64,000 nt of DNA. Source: an uncultured Verrucomicrobiae bacterium (GTDB lineage: Bacteria > Verrucomicrobiota > Verrucomicrobiia > Limisphaerales > Palsa-1400). A program made the translations under genes and the position numbers. The notes under the pieces were generated by a model that saw only the letters and a program-made list of their open reading frames with translations, was not told the DNA's origin and made no database searches. The stretch lies in assembly GCA_963764165.1 (NCBI GenBank), contig CAVXRD010000002.1, positions 992,001-1,056,000 of the forward strand. The letters are read 5' to 3'. Position 1 is the stretch's first letter; each line of letters starts with the position of its first letter. Below, piece by piece: positions 10,325-20,839 of this stretch.

Positions 10325-11287
10325 CTAATCCTTCAGCGCGGACGTAATTGGCGCGAGAAAGAAGCAATCGCGGTCGTCCGGCGTCTGCTTGGTGGCGGTT
10401 GATCCCGTGCCGGTGTCGCCGATGGCGCTATAGGTGCGAGAGTCTGTCCATTTGTGGATGATGGAATGGCCGTCCGCGAATGAAATGCCCGCTGCCTGGT
10501 CATGGTTGCCCGCCGGGAAATCGATCAAATACGTCGCACCGGGCGAGGCGGCGGCGGAGATGGCCAGCGATCCGTCGTTGATCGACATCGGGTTTTCATC
10601 CATGGTTACAAATGTGTTGGCCGGACCGGGTTTCGTGAAAGAGGACAATTTGCCGTAAGTAAGATAATTATTGGCGGTGTAGCTTTGTCCATCCAGCCAC
10701 TCTCCTAGCACCGGGGATCCCAAGGGCGGCCCACCCGAAGTGTAAGCGCTGCTGCTGTTCCATACCGTGCCAACAGCAGAATTCATGGAAATGCTGCGCA
10801 CATGCACGCTCTTGGCTGGCGCGTCGAAGTAATTATCAGCCGGGCAATGGTAAACGTAGGCATTCGGCAGGTAATGGGACAAAGCTGTGCCGATCGGATC
10901 CGTCAGTTCGCTCAACATCGCCGCGTCGATCGGCTGCTCCATCGTCCCGCAAACCCAATTCTTCATGGAAATTTTGTTGCCAGACGTGTAATAGCATGTC
11001 TCGTAGGGAAAGTCGTTTGGGGCCAGCAAATCGTTATTGTCATCGGCATACATGTGCCATGCCAGCATTATCTGGCGGCCGTTGCTCATGCATTGGGTGG
11101 ATTGAGACTGCTGCTTGGCGTGCGACAGCGCAGGAAGCAGCAGCGCAGCCAGAATCGCGATAATGGCGATCACCACCAGCAGTTCGATAAGCGTGAATCC
11201 ACCTCGCAAAGGCGACGGCGGGCGCGAACCGCAACCCATGCCATGGGTTGCAGCCCTCGCGCCCGCCGTGTGACGACCTGATCTCAT
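10325..11287 (-). CDS. Prepilin-type N-terminal cleavage/methylation protein with H-X9-DG motif
   Basis: [29 protein letters not shown]...CMSN; C-terminal [14 protein letters not shown]. Confidence 0.92.
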   Translation of the reverse strand: MRSGRHTAGARAATHGMGCGSRPPSPLRGGFTLIELLVVIAIIAILAALLLPALSHAKQQSQSTQCMSNGRQIMLAWHMYADDNNDLLAPNDFPYETCYYTSGNKISMKNWVCGTMEQPIDAAMLSELTDPIGTALSHYLPNAYVYHCPADNYFDAPAKSVHVRSISMNSAVGTVWNSSSAYTSGGPPLGSPVLGEWLDGQSYTANNYLTYGKLSSFTKPGPANTFVTMDENPMSINDGSLAISAAASPGATYLIDFPAGNHDQAAGISFADGHSIIHKWTDSRTYSAIGDTGTGSTATKQTPDDRDCFFLAPITSALKD

Positions 11288-13311
11288 GGATTGATGTTGA
11301 AAGCGGTGCTATTGGCCGGGGCGATGTTCGTGCTGGTCACGTCCGTCGCGGTAACGACCACATTGTTGCCGGTGCTTCCAAAGTAGATGGTATATTGGCC
11401 AGAGCCGTTGACCAATGCCGCGTTATTTGGATCAAACCCGCCGCCATTGTCCGTGATCTGAATCGTGTCGTTGATCCCGGGAACCGGATTGAAGTGGGCG
11501 TCCGTCGCCAGAACCGTCACGGTCAACAGTCCGCCGCTGGCGCTCAAGCTGAATGGCGTCGGTGTGCCCACCTTTCCAGTGGACGTATTAGGCGCGTTGG
11601 TCTCGCCGGGCAGCAGCACCAGCAATTGAGAGAAAGTGCGCTGCACCACGGCGAAAAACGCATCCTGCCCTGCGGGCAATGAATTGGTCGAGAGCAAGGC
11701 TTGGTAGGTGGCGCCGTCTTTAATGGTCAGCGTCGGCGTGATGTTGCCCCATCCCTCGGTCAGATTGGTAGCGGCCGCCAGCGCATAATTGGGCGCGGGC
11801 AAGGACCAGCCAACCCAGTAGGCTGCGCTGCTAGGTATCAAGAGACAGCCGTTGGTATCGTTCGAAAGATCTTCCCAGTAATTGGTGTTCAAGGAGCTGT
11901 CCGTTGTGAAGTTGTCAGTAAAGGCGGCCGATGTCCCTGTTAAGGAGAAGCTGCTGTAAATCACAGCCTGGGTTTCTGGCAGGCCCGTGTAGCCCGCAGT
12001 GTTCGGCTGTGCGCCGAGAATCAGCGTAACCGGGTCGGCAAAGAGCGCCGCGGAGGCTGCATCCATGGTGAAATTCGTCGACGCCCCGCCAGGCGCGGTA
12101 AGTGTTATATTCGTCGTGTCGGAGAACGTCAGGCTCCAGGTGCCCAGCAATGGCGCACTGTCAAATCCAACAATCGGCATCACCGGCCAGCCATTGGGGT
12201 CGCCGGCGGCATTTGTCGGCGAGGTGGTATTGAACAACATGCCGTTGCCGGCGATTTCATTGGTCTTGTATCGGAAATTAGCAATGCCGCCACCGTTGCC
12301 ATCGGATTGAATCGTCAGGAAAATGCAGTTGGCTAGATTGTAGTCAGCCGCTTGATCGTAGGGGCCTGGATAGTAGGTCTGCGTGGTGGTGCTGTCGCTG
12401 CCCGAGACCATGAAAAAATGCGCCTGATAACTGTAGGCGGCATCATTCGTCGGGAACTTTTTGATGGTCCACGAATAGGTCACGCTGGATTGCCCCACGA
12501 ACGACAGCCCGCCTGCGCCATCATTTGTATCGGCGATTTGGTAACGGTTGTACTGCGCGCTGGGGCTGGTGTCGATCAAGTTGAGTCCTGTGACAGGCTT
12601 CTCAATAGTCAGTGTTGGTGGTGGAGGCGGAGGCGCCACGGAGCCGTTGATCGATATATTATCAATCCAGTTGGTGATGGTGAAAAGCGGGTAGCCACCG
12701 TACGAGTTAATATCCAAGGCGATCCCGGGAACATCGCCAAATCCCTGGGTTTGGTCGATCGGAACAGAAACATGAAACCAGTTGGACGAGGCACTGGCCG
12801 GAATCGTCACGGTCCCGCCCGTAATCGCCTCGTAGCCGTAGCCACTGCTGATGAAGCCCACCTGGATAGCCCCATAATTGCCGCTGGAACTCAGCGGCGT
12901 ATTTGACGCAACCAATATATCAAACGAGACAGAGCTGAACTTGGTTGTATCCGCCTCCGTGCTGAAATTATAAGATCCGCTGTCCGCAAAACAGCCGAAG
13001 AACACGTCCTGGGTGTACCCCGCCAGCGGACTGATTACCTCCAACGATCCTGAATCAGACGTGTTGGCGCCTGCCACAGGGTTCGAAGCATCGGTCGTCG
13101 GGTCGGTTATGATGGGTTGGTTCCCGCCGGGAGAATTATACCAATAGATCCAAGTGGGATCGTAAAACTGCCCTTCGTCGGGGCCACTGGTGGGGAATGT
13201 AAAAGCATAGGTGTTGGTGATGATGGTCTGGGCGTGAGTTGGTGAAGGCGAACTGGCCAGAGCCAGCATGGCGATGGCTGATCCAGACAACAGGCGTTTA
13301 AGCGTATTCAT
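11284..13311 (-). CDS. Large secreted beta-rich protein of unknown function
   Basis: 675 aa; signal peptide (THA-Q), Thr/Asn/Ser-rich, poly-Pro linker; ATGA overlap with the downstream prepilin-like gene. Confidence 0.85.
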   Translation of the reverse strand: MNTLKRLLSGSAIAMLALASSPSPTHAQTIITNTYAFTFPTSGPDEGQFYDPTWIYWYNSPGGNQPIITDPTTDASNPVAGANTSDSGSLEVISPLAGYTQDVFFGCFADSGSYNFSTEADTTKFSSVSFDILVASNTPLSSSGNYGAIQVGFISSGYGYEAITGGTVTIPASASSNWFHVSVPIDQTQGFGDVPGIALDINSYGGYPLFTITNWIDNISINGSVAPPPPPPTLTIEKPVTGLNLIDTSPSAQYNRYQIADTNDGAGGLSFVGQSSVTYSWTIKKFPTNDAAYSYQAHFFMVSGSDSTTTQTYYPGPYDQAADYNLANCIFLTIQSDGNGGGIANFRYKTNEIAGNGMLFNTTSPTNAAGDPNGWPVMPIVGFDSAPLLGTWSLTFSDTTNITLTAPGGASTNFTMDAASAALFADPVTLILGAQPNTAGYTGLPETQAVIYSSFSLTGTSAAFTDNFTTDSSLNTNYWEDLSNDTNGCLLIPSSAAYWVGWSLPAPNYALAAATNLTEGWGNITPTLTIKDGATYQALLSTNSLPAGQDAFFAVVQRTFSQLLVLLPGETNAPNTSTGKVGTPTPFSLSASGGLLTVTVLATDAHFNPVPGINDTIQITDNGGGFDPNNAALVNGSGQYTIYFGSTGNNVVVTATDVTSTNIAPANSTAFNINP

Positions 13312-13581
13312 AGATTTTGAGTGAAGGGACGGGACGACGTGTTTGCCGTGTGCATAACATGGATTGCGGTGATCATGCGCTATTGCGATCCATTTGTCAC
13401 CAACGCATTTGGTTTGGTTTGAACTACGCCTTTAGTATAGGTTTTTTGCCCCCTGAGTGCGTGGTTGCCCTGCTGGCGCGACTTTGCGAGGCTCACAGGC
13501 ATCATGCCCGTCATCAAGCCAGCCTCCGCCGCATCCCTTTCCGGCGTTGAAGGTTCCCGGATTCTCTGGCAATATGACCCC

Positions 13582-15717
13582 ATGTTCACTCTGCATCTCC
13601 GGGGCGCGGCCACTCCGTTGGCGCTGCGCGCGGCCTTTTTGGGAGGTCTGCTCCTTTCCATTTCCGCGCGGGCTGACACCAACAACGCGCCATCCGCTCT
13701 TCCAGTCTTGACGTCCACTCGCGAGATTCGTGAAATGGCGCCGGAACAGGCGGCGCGGCGCTATCCCGCGCTCGTGAGGGGGGTCGTGACATTTTGCGAT
13801 GCCAAGGCCGACTGGGCCATGTTCATTCGCGACGCCGTGTCTGGAATTTACGTCAAACTCGGTGACGGCAGGAATTTTGAGGTGGGCGATCAAGTGGAGG
13901 TTTCCGGCTACAGCCAGGCTGGCGATTTTGTGCCGTTTGTCTATGCGACCGAGGTGAAAGTTCTTGGCCACGGTTCGCCGCCCCCTCCGACGCCGGTTTC
14001 CTTCGAACAACTGGCCACCGGCAAGGAAGACAGCCAATGGGTGGAATTGCGCGGGAAAGTCCGCTCGGTTGTGCCCAGCACCCAGGGCAAAACACGCTTG
14101 GACCTGTTGGTCGATGGCCAGCGCCTGAGCGTATTGATCACGCGATTTGATTGGACGAATCCTGGCGAACTCATTGGCGCGACAGTCCGCATTCGCGGAG
14201 TCTGCCGGACCCGCTTTAACAATAAACGCCAGATTTGCGCCCCCTACATCAGCGTCACGAGTTCGTCCGACATCACGGTGGATATTCCCGCCACAGGCGA
14301 GCCTCCCACCGTATCGTTGACTCGATTGTTGTGGTTTAATTCGGATGGTTACTATGGCCGGCGGGTCAAGGTGCCCGGCGTGGTCACGGAACAAAAAGGC
14401 ACCACGCTTTTCATCCAGGACGGCGGCGACGGGCTTTACGTCAAAACAGACCAGACCAACGACCTCAATCCCGGCGACATGGTGGAGGCCGAAGGCTTTC
14501 CGCTGGTCGGCCAGTATTCGCCAATCCTCGAGGACGCCACTGTAAAATGCGTCGGGCACACTTCTCCTCCCCAGCCGATCAACGCGCGCCTTGATCAATT
14601 ATTTTCGGCGGATTACGAGTGCGAGCTGGTTCGCGTGCGCGGAACGTTGATGAACGAAGTCCACCGGGCAGGCGAGCAGGTGCTGATCATTGAAGGAGAC
14701 AATTTGATTCTCAACGCGCGCCTCGACGCGGCCAAAGCCGACCCGCAGTTCATGCACCTGGAAAAAGGAACCCAACTGGAATTGACCGGCGTCTGCCTTG
14801 CGCAGCCAATGGAGAATTGGAACCCTTCCGTCGCGACCCGCCCCGAGACGTTTCAGCTTCTGCTCCGCTCCGCCGGCGACGTCGTCGTCATCCAAAACCC
14901 GCCATGGTGGACATTGTCGCGCCTGCTTTGGACGCTGGGAGCGATGAGCGTGGTCCTTTCCGCCGGCTTTGCCTGGGTATTTATTCTTGACCGCCGCGTC
15001 CGCCAGCAGACGACGATCATCCAGCAGAAACTCCACCGGGAAGCTGTGCTGGAGGAGAGAACGCGCATCGCCCGCGAATTTCACGACACGCTGGAGCAGG
15101 AATTGGTCGCCATCACCATTCAATTGGAAACGGTCGCGGCCAAATTTGACGAATCGCCGCAGACCGCGCGGCAAATGCTGGAGCTGGCCCGCAACATGAG
15201 CCGCCGCAGCCTCTTCGAAGCCAAGCGCTCCGTCTGGGATTTGCGCTCGCACCTTTTGGAAAACAGCAGCCTGCCGACCGCCATCTCAGAAGTGGCAAAG
15301 CTCATTACGCGCAGCTCGGGACTGCAAATCGAAGTCGAGACGGCCGGCCTGCCGCGCCGTCTGGCGCCGCAAATCGAAAATAATTTGCTGCGAATCGCCC
15401 AGGAGGCCCTGGCCAATGTCTTGAAACACGCCCGCGCCACCCGCGTGGCCGTGCGCCTCGAGTACCAGCCGGTCAAGGTTTCGCTCAGCATCATTGACAA
15501 CGGCGTTGGGTTCGACACCGCCAGCCAGGCCGCCGCCTACGGCGGGCATTTTGGTTTGATGGACATGGGTGAACGGGCCGAGCGCATGGGCGGCCGTTAC
15601 ATCATGCTCAGTTCGCCGGGCCAGGGAGCGGAAATCCGCGTCGAGGTGAATTGCAAAGATGAACTTTTCCCCGTCGGCGGACCGATGTCCGAGTTAGACG
15701 CGCGAACGGCCGCGTAG
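13582..15717 (+). CDS. Sensor histidine kinase (HisKA_3/NarX type) with repeated extracytoplasmic domains
   Basis: Signal peptide, repeated V.GVVT...FIxD...G units, PPWW-TM, ERTRIAREFHDTLEQ, RIAQEALANVLKHA, DNGVGF, GHFGL. Confidence 0.92.
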   Translation: MFTLHLRGAATPLALRAAFLGGLLLSISARADTNNAPSALPVLTSTREIREMAPEQAARRYPALVRGVVTFCDAKADWAMFIRDAVSGIYVKLGDGRNFEVGDQVEVSGYSQAGDFVPFVYATEVKVLGHGSPPPPTPVSFEQLATGKEDSQWVELRGKVRSVVPSTQGKTRLDLLVDGQRLSVLITRFDWTNPGELIGATVRIRGVCRTRFNNKRQICAPYISVTSSSDITVDIPATGEPPTVSLTRLLWFNSDGYYGRRVKVPGVVTEQKGTTLFIQDGGDGLYVKTDQTNDLNPGDMVEAEGFPLVGQYSPILEDATVKCVGHTSPPQPINARLDQLFSADYECELVRVRGTLMNEVHRAGEQVLIIEGDNLILNARLDAAKADPQFMHLEKGTQLELTGVCLAQPMENWNPSVATRPETFQLLLRSAGDVVVIQNPPWWTLSRLLWTLGAMSVVLSAGFAWVFILDRRVRQQTTIIQQKLHREAVLEERTRIAREFHDTLEQELVAITIQLETVAAKFDESPQTARQMLELARNMSRRSLFEAKRSVWDLRSHLLENSSLPTAISEVAKLITRSSGLQIEVETAGLPRRLAPQIENNLLRIAQEALANVLKHARATRVAVRLEYQPVKVSLSIIDNGVGFDTASQAAAYGGHFGLMDMGERAERMGGRYIMLSSPGQGAEIRVEVNCKDELFPVGGPMSELDARTAA

Positions 15718-15727
15718 CACGCATTTT

Positions 15728-16360
15728 ATGACAACGAAAGATAAAATCCGGATCATGGTGGTCGACGACCATTTTGTGGTGCGGATGGGATTGCGGGGTT
15801 CCATCAATTTGGAGTCGGACATGACAGTCATCGCCGAAGCGCCCAATGGCGACCAGGCAATCGCGCTCTACCGGCAGGAAAGACCCGACGTCATTTTGAT
15901 GGATTTGAAGCTGCCGGGAATGAGCGGCGTCGAGGCCACGCGGCTGATTTGCAAGGAATTTCCCGGCGCAGCGATCATCATGCTCTCCACCCACGACGGC
16001 GAAGAGGATATTTATCGCTCCCTGGTGGCGGGCGCGAAAACGTATTTGTTGAAAACCGCCAGCCGCAGCGAATTGATCGACGGCATCCGCGCCGTTCACG
16101 GCGGCGAACGCCACATCTCGCCCGCCATTGGCGCGCGCCTGGCGGAACGCATGTCGCACCCGGAATTAACGACACGGGAAATTGAGGTGCTTGGCTTGAT
16201 CGTCAAAGGGCGCAGCAACAAGGAAATTGCCTCTGAATTGGCGATCGCGGAAGTGACGGTGAAATTGCACGTCGGCCATGTGCTGTCGAAATTGGGAGTC
16301 AACGACCGCACGCAAGCCAGCACCACCGCATTGCAGCGGGGAATTATACATTTTGACTGA
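15728..16360 (+). CDS. NarL/FixJ-family response regulator
   Basis: VVDDH, LMDLKLP receiver; LTTREIEVL...GRSNKEIA...TVKLHV LuxR-type HTH. Confidence 0.95.
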   Translation: MTTKDKIRIMVVDDHFVVRMGLRGSINLESDMTVIAEAPNGDQAIALYRQERPDVILMDLKLPGMSGVEATRLICKEFPGAAIIMLSTHDGEEDIYRSLVAGAKTYLLKTASRSELIDGIRAVHGGERHISPAIGARLAERMSHPELTTREIEVLGLIVKGRSNKEIASELAIAEVTVKLHVGHVLSKLGVNDRTQASTTALQRGIIHFD

Positions 16361-16441
16361 AGCACGGCTGGGCGAGAATCCATCGAGCCCTGATTGAAAC
16401 ACGGAATTTACAGAACCATCTCAATACATCGAGGCAATCCT

Positions 16442-17356
16442 ATGCAAGCGATTATCAAAATCCATAATGGGCTCGACAGAGTCTCGCCCTGCCGGGAATG
16501 GAGGGAGAAAGAGGGGCGGGCTTTCACCCTCATCGAATTATTGGTGGTCATTGCGATCATCGCCATTCTCGCGTCGCTGCTGCTGCCGGCCCTTGCCCGC
16601 GCCAAGCAGCAGGGAAACCTCTCCAAGTGCGTCTCGAATCAAAAGCAGCTCGGCGTGGGGTTCAGCCTTTACCTTGGCGATAACAATGACGTTTATCCCG
16701 CCGCCGCCTGCGACGGCGCCGATAATTCTCAATACACTTGGGACACATCGCTGAACCATTACATTGGCGGAAATCCCGCTTTGAACAAAGCCGAATTGGA
16801 CAGCGGCGCAGTCTCAAACGTATTGACGCCGCAGGTGCTGCGCTGCCCCTCGGATATCGGCCCCGACTCGTATTGGGCGGCGGGCAGCGGTTATGGGCGC
16901 CGCACCTACTCGATGAATGCGATCAGCCAGACTGAGTATTCCGCAACCTTGGGGGCCGCGCTGCCGACTCCGGTCAACGGATTGGGAATTTATTGGAACG
17001 CCCCAACCACCGTGCAGGGGGCTCCGGGCTACAAGGCGGGCGTGGTGCAGGATCCCGCCGGCACGATCAATTTGGTGGAGGAACCGGCCGGCGACAACAT
17101 GTGCGGAAACGTCTGGCCTTCATTCTGCCTCGGTCCGGTCAACGATCTGTATAGCGGCCAGGGCGTGGGAGAATGCTACCAAATCGGCACCCACGATCCG
17201 AACAACCAGGGTCTTGCTCTTTACCAATTGCAGGGGAACAAATTCAGCTACCTCTTCTTCGACAACCACGTTTCGATTCTCTCCGTCCAACAAACGGTCG
17301 GAACCGGCACCACAAACATTCCAAAAGGGATGTGGACGCTGACCGCTGGAGACTAA
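16442..17356 (+). CDS. Prepilin-type N-terminal cleavage/methylation protein
   Basis: [29 protein letters not shown]...CVSNQKQLG; LRCPSD; C-terminal FSYLFFDNHV. Confidence 0.92.
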   Translation: MQAIIKIHNGLDRVSPCREWREKEGRAFTLIELLVVIAIIAILASLLLPALARAKQQGNLSKCVSNQKQLGVGFSLYLGDNNDVYPAAACDGADNSQYTWDTSLNHYIGGNPALNKAELDSGAVSNVLTPQVLRCPSDIGPDSYWAAGSGYGRRTYSMNAISQTEYSATLGAALPTPVNGLGIYWNAPTTVQGAPGYKAGVVQDPAGTINLVEEPAGDNMCGNVWPSFCLGPVNDLYSGQGVGECYQIGTHDPNNQGLALYQLQGNKFSYLFFDNHVSILSVQQTVGTGTTNIPKGMWTLTAGD

Positions 17357-18222
17357 CGCGTCGATGGCGCGCCGGGCGTCGCCGGATAATCGTTTGAGGT
17401 CAGCAACCGGCGGCCACCGCCGACAAACACATGGCCGTCATCGGTCAAGCGGAGCCGCGGGCGGGATTCGGAATATTCGTGATACTGGCGGGCCAGGAGA
17501 GTCCCGCTGGTATTGATTTCGCAATAAGTGAAGACACGGGCCCCCGTTTGAACCAGGACATGGAAATGGTTGAACCGATCCATCTCCGCCTCCGGATCAC
17601 GGAAATCAACAATGCGCGCCAAAGGATAGACACGCAACGGACGGCCGGTTCCGTCAGACAACTGGAAATACAATCTCATCTGGTCAAGAAATGAGACGCG
17701 AAGGAGGCCATAACGGCGAATATCAGGCGGCGCGTTGGTCACGCCAGCGGGAAGCGGCACGCCGAAAGCGAGATCGCCCAGGCCGGTCAAAGGCGTTCCC
17801 TTTTCCACCGTAAAAATAGCGGGCTTGCACGCCATTTCCTGTTTCCATTGCGGAATCCGGACGACGGCCCGCAGCGAATACCGTCCCGGTTTGCGGAAAT
17901 CGAAATAGGGCGTGATGTTGAATTCGCGCACGATGGTTTGCCCGGTCATCAGCGTAAATGCCTGCTTGACCGGCATCTCTCCCAATTTATGGGCGACGTA
18001 TTCATGCTCGCCGATGACATCAAAGCTGATCCAATTGGTCGTCGCGCCCAGAATGAGCGGCTGGCCGGAGCGATTCACAATCGTCAGGGTGGCGCGGACA
18101 TCTTCGCCGGACAGGTATTGCTGCTGGTCGATTTCGAGATCGAGCGTAACGCCGTTGTGCTGCGCCATCACTGTGTGAGCCATGGCGCAAAGCAAGACAA
18201 ATACAATGGCGAATTTCCTCAT
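17353..18222 (-). CDS. Secreted hypothetical protein
   Basis: Signal peptide MRKFAIVFVLLCAMAHTVMA; TACACT 6 nt upstream of ATG 18222. Confidence 0.8.
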   Translation of the reverse strand: MRKFAIVFVLLCAMAHTVMAQHNGVTLDLEIDQQQYLSGEDVRATLTIVNRSGQPLILGATTNWISFDVIGEHEYVAHKLGEMPVKQAFTLMTGQTIVREFNITPYFDFRKPGRYSLRAVVRIPQWKQEMACKPAIFTVEKGTPLTGLGDLAFGVPLPAGVTNAPPDIRRYGLLRVSFLDQMRLYFQLSDGTGRPLRVYPLARIVDFRDPEAEMDRFNHFHVLVQTGARVFTYCEINTSGTLLARQYHEYSESRPRLRLTDDGHVFVGGGRRLLTSNDYPATPGAPSTR

Positions 18223-18307
18223 GGGACGAGTGTAGAGAGGCGGCGCCCCGATTTCAAGCTGGATAAAGACCTTTCGCAGGCGCTGCACAAATTTCTCGCC
18301 CACCGCC

Positions 18308-20839
18308 CTATCCTGCGGCGGCGGAAGCTGGCGGCGTGACGGGAACGGATTGTCCGAACAACATGTGCAGCGCTGTCAATAATTTCTCCGTTCCGTACGG
18401 CTTTGGCAGAAACGTGGTGACTCCGAGCGCCTTCAATTCCTGGGCGCGAAAACTTCCGCCCATGTCCGTCCCCAATCCGCTGGAGGCGATGATTTTCAAA
18501 TCGGGCACGAGCGGGCGCAATGTCCGAATCAGCGCCACGCCATCCATCCCGGGCATCATGATGTCGGTGATCATGGCATCAATCTTATGCCCGCCGCGGG
18601 CAAAGAATTCCAGCGCAGCCTCGCCGTTGGGAACGGTGAAGACGCGATAATTGTGCTGCTCGAGCAACTCCCCGATGCCCGCCGCCAGCTCCGGTTCGTC
18701 GTCGACGATCAGAAGCGATTCGCCCGAGCCGCGCGGCAGGGGCTGCATGATGCGCGCCGTGCTCTTTCGCGGCGCCTCCGGCGTGGCCGGCAGCCAGACC
18801 TTGAAACTGGTGCCGCGGCCAACTTCACTGTCAACTATAACAACGCCGTGGTGGCTCTGCACAATTCCCAGCGCGGTTGACAATCCCAGGCCAGTCCCCT
18901 TCCCCACCTCCTTGGTGGTAAAAAATGGATCAAAAATCCGCTCGCGGTCGGCGGCGGGAATTCCACTGCCGTTGTCAGCCACTTCAAACACCACGTAGGT
19001 GCCTGGCGCGGCGGGAGCCGGGAGGGCGTGCATGGGCTCCGCGAGCGTGGCCATGCTGGCCCGCAAGATCAATTGCCCGCCACGGGGCATGGCGTCGCGG
19101 GCGTTGACGCAAAGATTGAGCAAGACCTGGTGGATCTGCGTGCGGTCGCCGATCAGCGGCCACATGTCCGGCTGTTTTTCCACCGTGAGCGCGATGTTCT
19201 TGGGGAATGTCTGCCCAATAATCGCGGTAATTTCCGACAACAAATCGGCTGGCTTCACGGCGATGCGCTCGCCATCGATGCCCTTGCCAAAGGTCAGCAC
19301 TTGCTGGATGATCTCGGCTCCGCGCTTGACGCTTAATTCAATGCGGCCAATGGCCTTGTCGCGCTCATCGGGCGGGATGTCCCAGCGGAGGTAGCCGGCG
19401 GACATTAAAATGGGGGCCAGAATGTTATTGAGATCATGGGCCATTCCCGTGGCCAGGGTGCCGATGCCTTCGATGCGCTGGGCGCGGAGAAACTGGGCTT
19501 CGAGGCGCTTTTTCTCGGTGATGTCCGTGTCAATAATCAGGATGGATCGCGGTTCGCCCTTTTCGTTCCTCAGCAAGGTCCAGCGGCTGGAGACCACCAC
19601 CTCATGGCCGTCCTGATGGTGCTTTTTGAGTTCGCCCGTCCATTCGCCGCGCGCCAGAAGCTGGCGTTCGGCGGCGGCGACGTCCGCCTTGGTTTGCTTG
19701 GGAAACAAGGAAGGCCACAGGTTTCCAACTGCTTGCCCTGAGTTCCAGCCGTAAAGGCGTTCCGCGCCTTTGTTCCAGAATCGCACCCGGCCGGTGAAAT
19801 CGCGCACCGCAATGGCATCGCTGGCCATATCCAGCAACGCGGCCTGCTCGTGAATCCGATCCTCGGCTTTCTTCCGCTCGGTGATGTCGTTGGCCAGCGA
19901 CAGCTTGGCTTCGCGTCCCGAAAATGAAATCAGGCGGCAGGCAATTTCCGCGTCGATATATGTGCCGTCTTTTTTCAGATGCCGCACAACCAGCCCGTCG
20001 ACGGACCGCCGGGCGTTATCATCAGAAAAGCGATCCTCCACAAACGAGTAATCCTCCTGCGAATGCAGATCATGCACCGTCATGGCCGCAAACTCGTCCG
20101 CCGAATAGCCGTACTTATCAACGGCCGCCTGGTTCACCGCCAGGAATCCGCGCGTTTCCAGGTCCACCACCCACATGGGCAGGGGGTTCCTGTGGAAAAG
20201 GAGGTGATAGCGTTCTTCCGTTTCAGAAAGGGCGTCCGCGGTGCGTTTGCGCCGGATGATCTCCGTCTTGAGAGTGTCGTTGGTCTGGCGCAGGACCTGA
20301 GTGCGATCCGCCACCAGCATTTCCAATTGATCCGTCCGCAGCTTGGATTGCTGGAGCAGGCGCCATTTCTCCGTCAGCGCGGAGGCCAGCTGCAATACCT
20401 CGATGCCATCGAAGGGCTTTTTCAGAATGACGACCTGGTCGCGTCGCGGCAATTGCTGCGTCATCTGGCTCCACGAATAATCCGCGTAAGCGGTGCAAAT
20501 GACAATCTGGAGATCCGGGCACACTTGCCAGAGCCGCGTGATGGTTTCGATTCCGTCCCAGCCCGGCGGCATGCGCACATCCACGAATGCCATCCAATAC
20601 GGCCGGCCATCTTTCAGGGATTTTTCCACCAAGGCCAGACCCTCCTGTCCTTGATACGCGGAACTCATTTCAAACGCCGGAGGTTTGGACGGCTGCCCTT
20701 GCGGGCCAAAAATCGTCGCCTCCAAGTCGTCCAGCGCGGCTGAGGAGCTCGGGCAGAGAATCTTGGCAAAATCCTGGTGGATGGATCGGTTATCATCGAC
20801 GACGAGGATGCGCGGGATGGATTTTTCCGCCAGGCTCAT
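18308..20839 (-). CDS. Hybrid histidine kinase REC-PAS-PAS-HisKA-HATPase-REC
   Basis: N-terminal receiver (VVDDN, FVDVRMPPGWDG), two PAS/PAC (DITE), AHDLNN, FDPFFTTK, GTGLGL, C-terminal receiver (TDIMMP). Confidence 0.94.
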   Translation of the reverse strand: MSLAEKSIPRILVVDDNRSIHQDFAKILCPSSSAALDDLEATIFGPQGQPSKPPAFEMSSAYQGQEGLALVEKSLKDGRPYWMAFVDVRMPPGWDGIETITRLWQVCPDLQIVICTAYADYSWSQMTQQLPRRDQVVILKKPFDGIEVLQLASALTEKWRLLQQSKLRTDQLEMLVADRTQVLRQTNDTLKTEIIRRKRTADALSETEERYHLLFHRNPLPMWVVDLETRGFLAVNQAAVDKYGYSADEFAAMTVHDLHSQEDYSFVEDRFSDDNARRSVDGLVVRHLKKDGTYIDAEIACRLISFSGREAKLSLANDITERKKAEDRIHEQAALLDMASDAIAVRDFTGRVRFWNKGAERLYGWNSGQAVGNLWPSLFPKQTKADVAAAERQLLARGEWTGELKKHHQDGHEVVVSSRWTLLRNEKGEPRSILIIDTDITEKKRLEAQFLRAQRIEGIGTLATGMAHDLNNILAPILMSAGYLRWDIPPDERDKAIGRIELSVKRGAEIIQQVLTFGKGIDGERIAVKPADLLSEITAIIGQTFPKNIALTVEKQPDMWPLIGDRTQIHQVLLNLCVNARDAMPRGGQLILRASMATLAEPMHALPAPAAPGTYVVFEVADNGSGIPAADRERIFDPFFTTKEVGKGTGLGLSTALGIVQSHHGVVIVDSEVGRGTSFKVWLPATPEAPRKSTARIMQPLPRGSGESLLIVDDEPELAAGIGELLEQHNYRVFTVPNGEAALEFFARGGHKIDAMITDIMMPGMDGVALIRTLRPLVPDLKIIASSGLGTDMGGSFRAQELKALGVTTFLPKPYGTEKLLTALHMLFGQSVPVTPPASAAAG

